Position numbers and translations under genes: made by a program. Positions 58,540 to 64,000 of a stretch of DNA of 64,000 nucleotides are shown here, in pieces (within the stretch, counting starts at the first letter, position 1; each line of letters opens with the position of its first letter). The stretch is from Mayamaea pseudoterrestris. Its lineage: Eukaryota. The notes under the pieces are model-generated. The model was given only the letters and a program-made list of their open reading frames with translations. It ran no database searches and was not told the DNA's origin. The stretch spans positions 124,001 through 188,000 of the forward strand of contig BROI01000020.1 in the NCBI GenBank assembly GCA_027923505.1, given 5' to 3'.

Positions 58540-59560
58540 GGCGGAGCCAGACATTCGCCCTGCGATTGCGCGCAAAGTTTGAAGGATGGCCACATAGCAA
58601 AGATGTCGGTGGCTGCATTGCGACATTTCGGAGAATCTTCTAGCTCGACAAAAGCTGGCAACCTTATGTGCCTCTGAGTTGATAGGGACTCCCATTAATC
58701 TTCCCCTTGGAGTGTTGTCACGGCATGCGTTCGAAAGCAGACGTGCAATCCAATGATGAAACCCTTGCAAGATCTTCGGCACAGGAAGTTCGTCATGTTC
58801 CACGATCCGCTGCCGAACAGATAAGTGTACTGATTACCACTCCCTGGTTGATCCGCGTCTGTGATGTCCAGTTGTTCCATGTTGGTGGTCGCGGGGACCT
58901 CACAACTGCACATGCTGGCGATTTGGCGCGCTCTACCGGCTGCAGCCTCACCTTCACTACCCAAAAGATTGGTACCCGCGGTTAAGTCGTTGCCCATGGT
59001 CTCACAGGCGACCCTCTTCTCGGCCCCACGCGAACCATCATCCGCCGACCACTCCACCACCGTGCCAGTACTGATTTACCACTGCCTGGTAAACGTCCAG
59101 TTCTTCCACGTCTGTGGTGGCAAGGACCTTGCCACTGCCACTGCACCTGCTGGCGGTTTGGCGCGCTCTACCGGCTGCAGCCTCAACTTAAATGACCAAA
59201 AGAATGATGCCCGCGGTAAAAAGTCGCCCATGGTCTCACGGCGACCCTCTATCATCCACCAACAGCTCTACCTCCGCACCCAAGCGGCCGCCCCGGCCAC
59301 GCCGCAGGCCACCGTCTTTCTTTTTCTCTTTAAGGAGATCACAGCCGCCCTCCGCGACACCGTTACTCAACTGGACCTTAACAAGGGCATTTTGCCTACC
59401 GACATCAACGCCCCGCCTGATTGGTCAACAGCATTCCGACGCAATGCTCCACTACCACCACATTAAGCCCAACCCGCAATGCACCACAACGCCGAGCTCA
59501 TGGTAGTTGGCGGCCAATTTCATATAAATTTCAACCTTTTTTCCATCATGATATTCGAGT
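58540..59560 (+). mobile_element. Degenerate tyrosine recombinase fragment (DIRS/Ngaro/Crypton-type element relic) with an internal duplication
   Basis: Frame-broken segments CSLTFTTQK.G.RG*..HG.TGDP, LYLRTQAAAPATP, KEITAALR, GILPTDINA and RLIGQQHSDAMLHY resemble the YR C-terminal GRW.SDAM..Y region. Duplicated ~185-bp block at 58827-59017 and 59068-59250. Confidence 0.6.
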
Positions 59561-59783
59561 CCCATCTCGTGCCCCCTAGAAACATAATTAGCAAGCACGA
59601 AACCAATTCTCAGCGCTTAAGCACTCTGTGCCATGTTTCCTTGGGGATTGAGCAAGCAAGAAAATGGAGCAAAACTGAGCCCATTGAATGGAGCCGATCC
59701 TCCACCACCTAGTTCACTTAAGAAAGCTTAAAAATGATGTAATAAAATGATTATATTAAAACAACATAAGCGCCTTTTGCTGT

Positions 59784-60806
59784 TTACTTTCGCCGAGCCT
59801 TCTTGTTTACTTTAGATTGCGCCTTCGCAAATGCTTCATCCGACAATGGATCCTCGTCAAGCTTTCCTCCATATCGCATGGCCAAGTCAGCAAAGACATC
59901 TCCACCAGTCTGCTGCTTCTTGTTGCGAATTGCTGCCACTAAGCTGTCCATGTCTCCTACACTATTCTTTTTGTGAGAGGAAGACTTGGCCTTGGCCTGC
60001 GTCTTGTGGCCCTTCTTTGGTGAAGCCTTGGCTTTCTTAATTGGCGTTGGTCGCTTGACTTCCTCCTCATCCGTCTCGGTTTCATCATCACTGTCATCAT
60101 CATCAGATTCATCATCATCAGATTCTTTAAGCTCATCTTCCTCTTGATTTTCTTTTTCTGCCAATTTTAAACACTGCTTCAAACTCTTTTCCATGGGCGT
60201 TCGCAATTTGCTAGCATCCAATTCACCCGATAAAAAGGCTGGCTCAAGGAAATCTTCCACCCATCGCTTGACATCCCGCGGCTCGCTGAGCATGACACAT
60301 TCCAAAACCTTTACCAAGTTGCCCTTGCGACTGACAAAGAACTTCAAAACATCGCGTCGCTCCTCCTCACTGCACTTGTACTTGCTGGCAAAAGCGTCAA
60401 TCTTTGACGTAGTTACTGATCCAAAAATGCTACTAAAATAATCCTTCCAGGCTGAATAGTCCTTGGAATCAATGTCTTCGTCATGGTCTCGCCCCGGAAT
60501 GACGCCAGTCTTGTCATACTCGGCTCGAAGCTCATCATTGCCAAGGATTTGGTACGTCAAGCTAATGGCTTGGAACTTTTGCTTGTGTGACTCCAATGAC
60601 TCAGCGTCACTCTCACTTTGATGGCGATCCGGATGATGAGCAAGAGCTGCTCGATAATATGCCTTGCGCAAGATAGCCTTGCTTGCGTCCTTGGAGCAAT
60701 CGAGCACGTCGGAGTAAAGATTGCAGCTTTTTCCAAAAGCTTGCTCGATAATGCTTGTATTGCCGCTCAAATCAGCAAATGGGGATGGAGGAGGCGAGGA
60801 ACTCAT
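59784..60806 (-). CDS. DNAJC9: DnaJ subfamily C member 9-like J-domain protein
   Basis: LYSDVL, LRKAYYRAALAHHPDR, KFQAIS, LRAEYDKTG, WKDYF..I..F..KYKCSEEERRDVL, followed by an acidic then basic C-terminus. Confidence 0.85.
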   Translation of the reverse strand: MSSSPPPSPFADLSGNTSIIEQAFGKSCNLYSDVLDCSKDASKAILRKAYYRAALAHHPDRHQSESDAESLESHKQKFQAISLTYQILGNDELRAEYDKTGVIPGRDHDEDIDSKDYSAWKDYFSSIFGSVTTSKIDAFASKYKCSEEERRDVLKFFVSRKGNLVKVLECVMLSEPRDVKRWVEDFLEPAFLSGELDASKLRTPMEKSLKQCLKLAEKENQEEDELKESDDDESDDDDSDDETETDEEEVKRPTPIKKAKASPKKGHKTQAKAKSSSHKKNSVGDMDSLVAAIRNKKQQTGGDVFADLAMRYGGKLDEDPLSDEAFAKAQSKVNKKARRK

Positions 60807-61108
60807 CTTAAAAAGGAATAAGGGAATGCTGGCGTGACAATTTCAAGTAGACGATGAAGAGGCAGCGAAGTGATCGTCATGGTCGTCAGGAAGTGTGGGA
60901 AAACTCGTTCGCACCGGTTTTCATCGCTGTGTCGCGGTCACAGCTAGCTATCGCAACATTGCAACTGGTTTGTCTAACCAAGGAACCAATACTTGAGAAG
61001 GTATTGAAGGACTACTTGACAGCTTATATGATAGTCTACTTTGTGTAATGTTCAACCTGTAGCCTAATTTTTCAAGCATTATTAGCTACTACGGTAGCAC
61101 ATCAACGC

Positions 61109-61560
61109 CTAATGACCAACATCATTGTAATACACTTGGTTGACACCTTGTTGCTCAATTTGTAAATGAGTAATGTCGGCAATTGCTGCAAAGACCACCC
61201 CATGCTTTACTACTTTGTTGCGAAACACATCCTTCAATATTGCCCGTCGTTTGAAGCGTCGGTTGATTGTCTCATGTCGTGCTCTTGCTGCAGACATCTT
61301 TCACTGATCTTCATTATTCTTGCCAGTAGGAGTCAAAAAGAGCTGCTCATTGTCATGGTAGCCACCATCAGCAACAAACTTTTCTCCTGGCTCTCTGTCA
61401 AGGTAGATCAATCCATGCCACGCAATGCGTAGATCCGGTCACGAGCCACCAGGATAGGGACCTGCAATCCAAACAATCCATCTTGTTTGAATGCAAAAAG
61501 GGTGTTCCAACTGCCAAACACAGCAAACTTTCAGTGAGATTTGTGTGATGGACCAACCTT
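61109..61560 (-). mobile_element. PIF/Harbinger-type DDE transposase relic
   Basis: Broken frames give IVWIAGPYPGG..PDLRI, VADGGY, ARARHETINRRFK..ILKDVFR and HGVVFAAIADIT, the DDE_Tnp_4 C-terminal pattern. Confidence 0.7.
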
Positions 61561-61569
61561 GTCAGCATG

Positions 61570-63810
61570 ATTTTGAGCATGCTATTGCACAGTGGCACCT
61601 TCTAGGCAGATGACTCTTCAAGCAGTGCTCAGAATGTATTTTCCCTCTCGCTGTCACTGAGCTACTTTGATGCCATGGAGGGGTCTCACTTCACCAAATG
61701 AACATATGGGACAAGGGTTTGGCCATGCAGGTGCTCATAGGATGCTCCATTGGTGCACCAGTGGCGCCTTCTAGGCACATGGCCCTTCAACTAGCGCTCA
61801 GAAGGATTTTCCTTATCGCTGTCACTGAGCTACTTGGATGCCATGGAGGGGTTTCACCACGCCAAATGAACATACGGGACAAGGGTTTGGCCATGCAGGT
61901 GCTCATTGGATGCTCTGTTGGTGCACCAGTGGCGCCTTCTAGGCAGATGACCCTTCAAGTGGCGCTCAGAAGTTTTTTTCCTTTTTGCCGTCACTGAGCC
62001 GCTTGGATGCCATGGAGGGGTTTCACCATACCCATGAACATATGGGACAAGGTTTTGGCCATGCAGGTGCTCATTGGATGCTCCACTGGTGCACCAGTGG
62101 TGCCTTCTAGGCAGACGACCACCCTTCACCTGGCGCTCAGAAGGTTGTTCCTTCTCGCCGTCACTGAGCTACTTGGATGTCATAAAGGGGTTCTGCCACT
62201 TCATATGAACATATGGGACAAAGGTTTGGCCATGCAGGAACTCATTGAATGCTCCACTGGTGCACCAGTGGCACCATTGCAGATGGCTCAAAAAGTTCTT
62301 CCTTCTCGCCGTCACTGAGCTACTTGGAGGCCATGGAGGGGTTTTGCCACGCCATATTGAAAATATGGGACAAAGTGTGGCCATGCAGTGCTAATTGGAT
62401 GCTCTGCTGGTGCACCAGTGGCACCTTCTAGGCAGGTGACCCTTCCTGCAGCGCTCAGAATGTTTGTTCGTTCGAAACTGGCCTCCAGAGGGCAGGGGTT
62501 TCAGGCCAATGACAGGTGCTCTTGTATCCTCCACTGGTGCTCCCATCACCTTCTGGGAAGAGCCTGACACCCGTCCTGGCGATCAGTAAGGTTGCTATCC
62601 GCCCCTGCTCTCGCAGTATCCTGGCTGCGTTGGACGCCATGGGGTTTTGCCGCGTGAACATTGGCGACAACATCCATGCAGGTGCTAATGGTTACCCTCT
62701 TGGTCCACCGCGCGCGTGCAACCTGGTGATGGAATTCTTGCAACATCTGCAACATATGGGAACTCATGTTCAACGATTCGCTGCCATACAAGAGTACTGA
62801 TTGAACCACGGATTGGTAAAACATTCCAGACACTGGGGGGCTGGCTCCTTCGCATGTTAGCACGCGGGAGATCATGGCCCAGCGCTGTCGCGCGCCTTCT
62901 GTACATTTTTGTTAAAGGCCGGCAAATCATTACCGTAACACGACAATGGGCAGCCTAAATTCACAAATGTGGGAACCGAGGCAAGGGGGATGCCATTGGC
63001 TGTGAAGACAACTTCACTGGTGACCATCACGGAGCGCTTCACGTGTCACAAACATATCGCACAACTCGTACCGCGGAAGCAGTGCGGTCCCTTCATCCAG
63101 GATCAAAATTGGTCTCGGCACGTAAAATGTTTCTAGTGGTAGCTCTCCCGGCGCATCCGGCAATTGGGCAGTGTCACTGAGCCACTTGGATGCCATGGAA
63201 AGATTTCAACACGCCAAATAAACATACAGGACAAGGGTTTGGCCATGCAGGTGCTCATTGGATGATCCATTGGTGCACCAGTGACGCCTTCTAGGCAGAT
63301 GGCCCTTCAAGAGGCGCTCAGAAGGTTTTTCCTTCTCACTGTCACTGAGCTACTTGGATGCCATGGAGGGGTTTCACCACAGCAAATAAACATACAGGAC
63401 TAGGGTTTGGCCATGCAGGTGCTCATTGGATGCTCCATTTGTGCACCAGTGACGCCTTCTAGGCAGATGGCCCTTCAACTGGCGCTCAGAAGGATTTTCC
63501 TTCTCGCCGTCACTGAGCTACTTGGATGCCATGGAGGGGTTTCACCACACCAAATGAACATATGGGACAAGGGTTTGGCCATGCAGGTGCTCATAGGATG
63601 CTCCATTGGTGCAACAGTGGCACCTTCTAGGCAGATGGCCCTTCAAGTGGCGCTCAGAAGGTTTTTTTTTTCTCGCTGTCACATACCGGTATGAAAACAA
63701 AGGTTTGGCCATGCTGGTGCTCATAGAATGGTGCACAGATGCTCCTTTGGCACCTTCTAGGCAGATTGCCCTTCAACTGGCGCTCAGAAGGTGATTCCTT
63801 TTTGTCGTCC
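61570..63810. repeat. Diverged ~168-bp tandem repeat array (~9-10 copies) interrupted by a LINE fragment
   Basis: The gtcactgagc anchor recurs at 61653, 61821, 61990, 62160 and 62311, then 63173, 63341, 63509 and (partial) 63678. Spacing is 168-170 bp, with one 151-bp unit. Confidence 0.93.
62466..63172 (-). mobile_element. Non-LTR retrotransposon (LINE) ORF2 C-terminal fragment
   Basis: CPIAGCAGRATTRNILR, ILILDEG..LPRYELCDMFV, F.NLGCPLS..GNDLPAFNKNVQKARQRWAMISRVL, GMFYQSVVQSVLLYGSESL..LQEFHHQVAR, with frameshifts. Confidence 0.75.
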
Positions 63811-64000
63811 CTCACTTAAGGCGTCTTTAAACCTTATGACCAGCTAAGGTATACAAAGTCATGAGATATCAGTAGTGCCAGTGTGGTCACATCATGCCGC
63901 CCTTTAATCCGCACAAAACTCTGGAGCTCCATTGGAAGGCAACCAAGAAACATATTGGGCATTATTAAAGATGTCAGTATGCCCTGCGTCCAGCCAAGGT

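Noticed and set aside
58861..59466. 201-aa ORF as an intact gene
   Set aside because: It crosses the duplicated block and only its end matches recombinase-like sequence; better explained as a relic.
61570..63810. CRISPR array or repeat-protein gene
   Set aside because: The units are contiguous with no unique spacers, no cas genes are present, the context is eukaryotic, and the frames are broken by indels and stops.

Overview
A gene-dense eukaryotic nuclear window with short GT-AG introns, most consistent with a diatom (probably pennate). That assignment is inferred from gene content: silaffin-like KxxK/RXL proteins, bipartite plastid-type leaders and diatom-type kinase and transposon families. 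From 5' to 3' it contains: a giant 5'-truncated SPRY/UBA/MIB-HERC2/HECT E3 ligase (>4,800 aa, one intron); a Wbp11-GYF protein; two paralogous PKDCC/POMK-like secretory-pathway kinases; PIG-L; NTAN1; a DUF6174-like secreted protein; a prolyl 4-hydroxylase directly beside two tandem silaffin-like precursor genes; a spliced Pro-rich putative regulator; YqgE/AlgH; Msp1/ATAD1; a decayed EngA/Der GTPase pseudogene; a GNAT and a HemK-like methyltransferase flanked by a 43-bp direct repeat; a protein kinase; a LYR protein; IscA2; DP; a Nudix hydrolase; and DNAJC9. The last ~5.5 kb is transposon-rich: a degenerate tyrosine recombinase with an internal duplication, a Harbinger-type transposase relic, and a ~168-bp tandem repeat array interrupted by a LINE fragment. 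The most interesting candidate system is the silaffin-like pair together with neighbouring modifying enzymes. All family calls come from motif recognition by eye; no searches were run.
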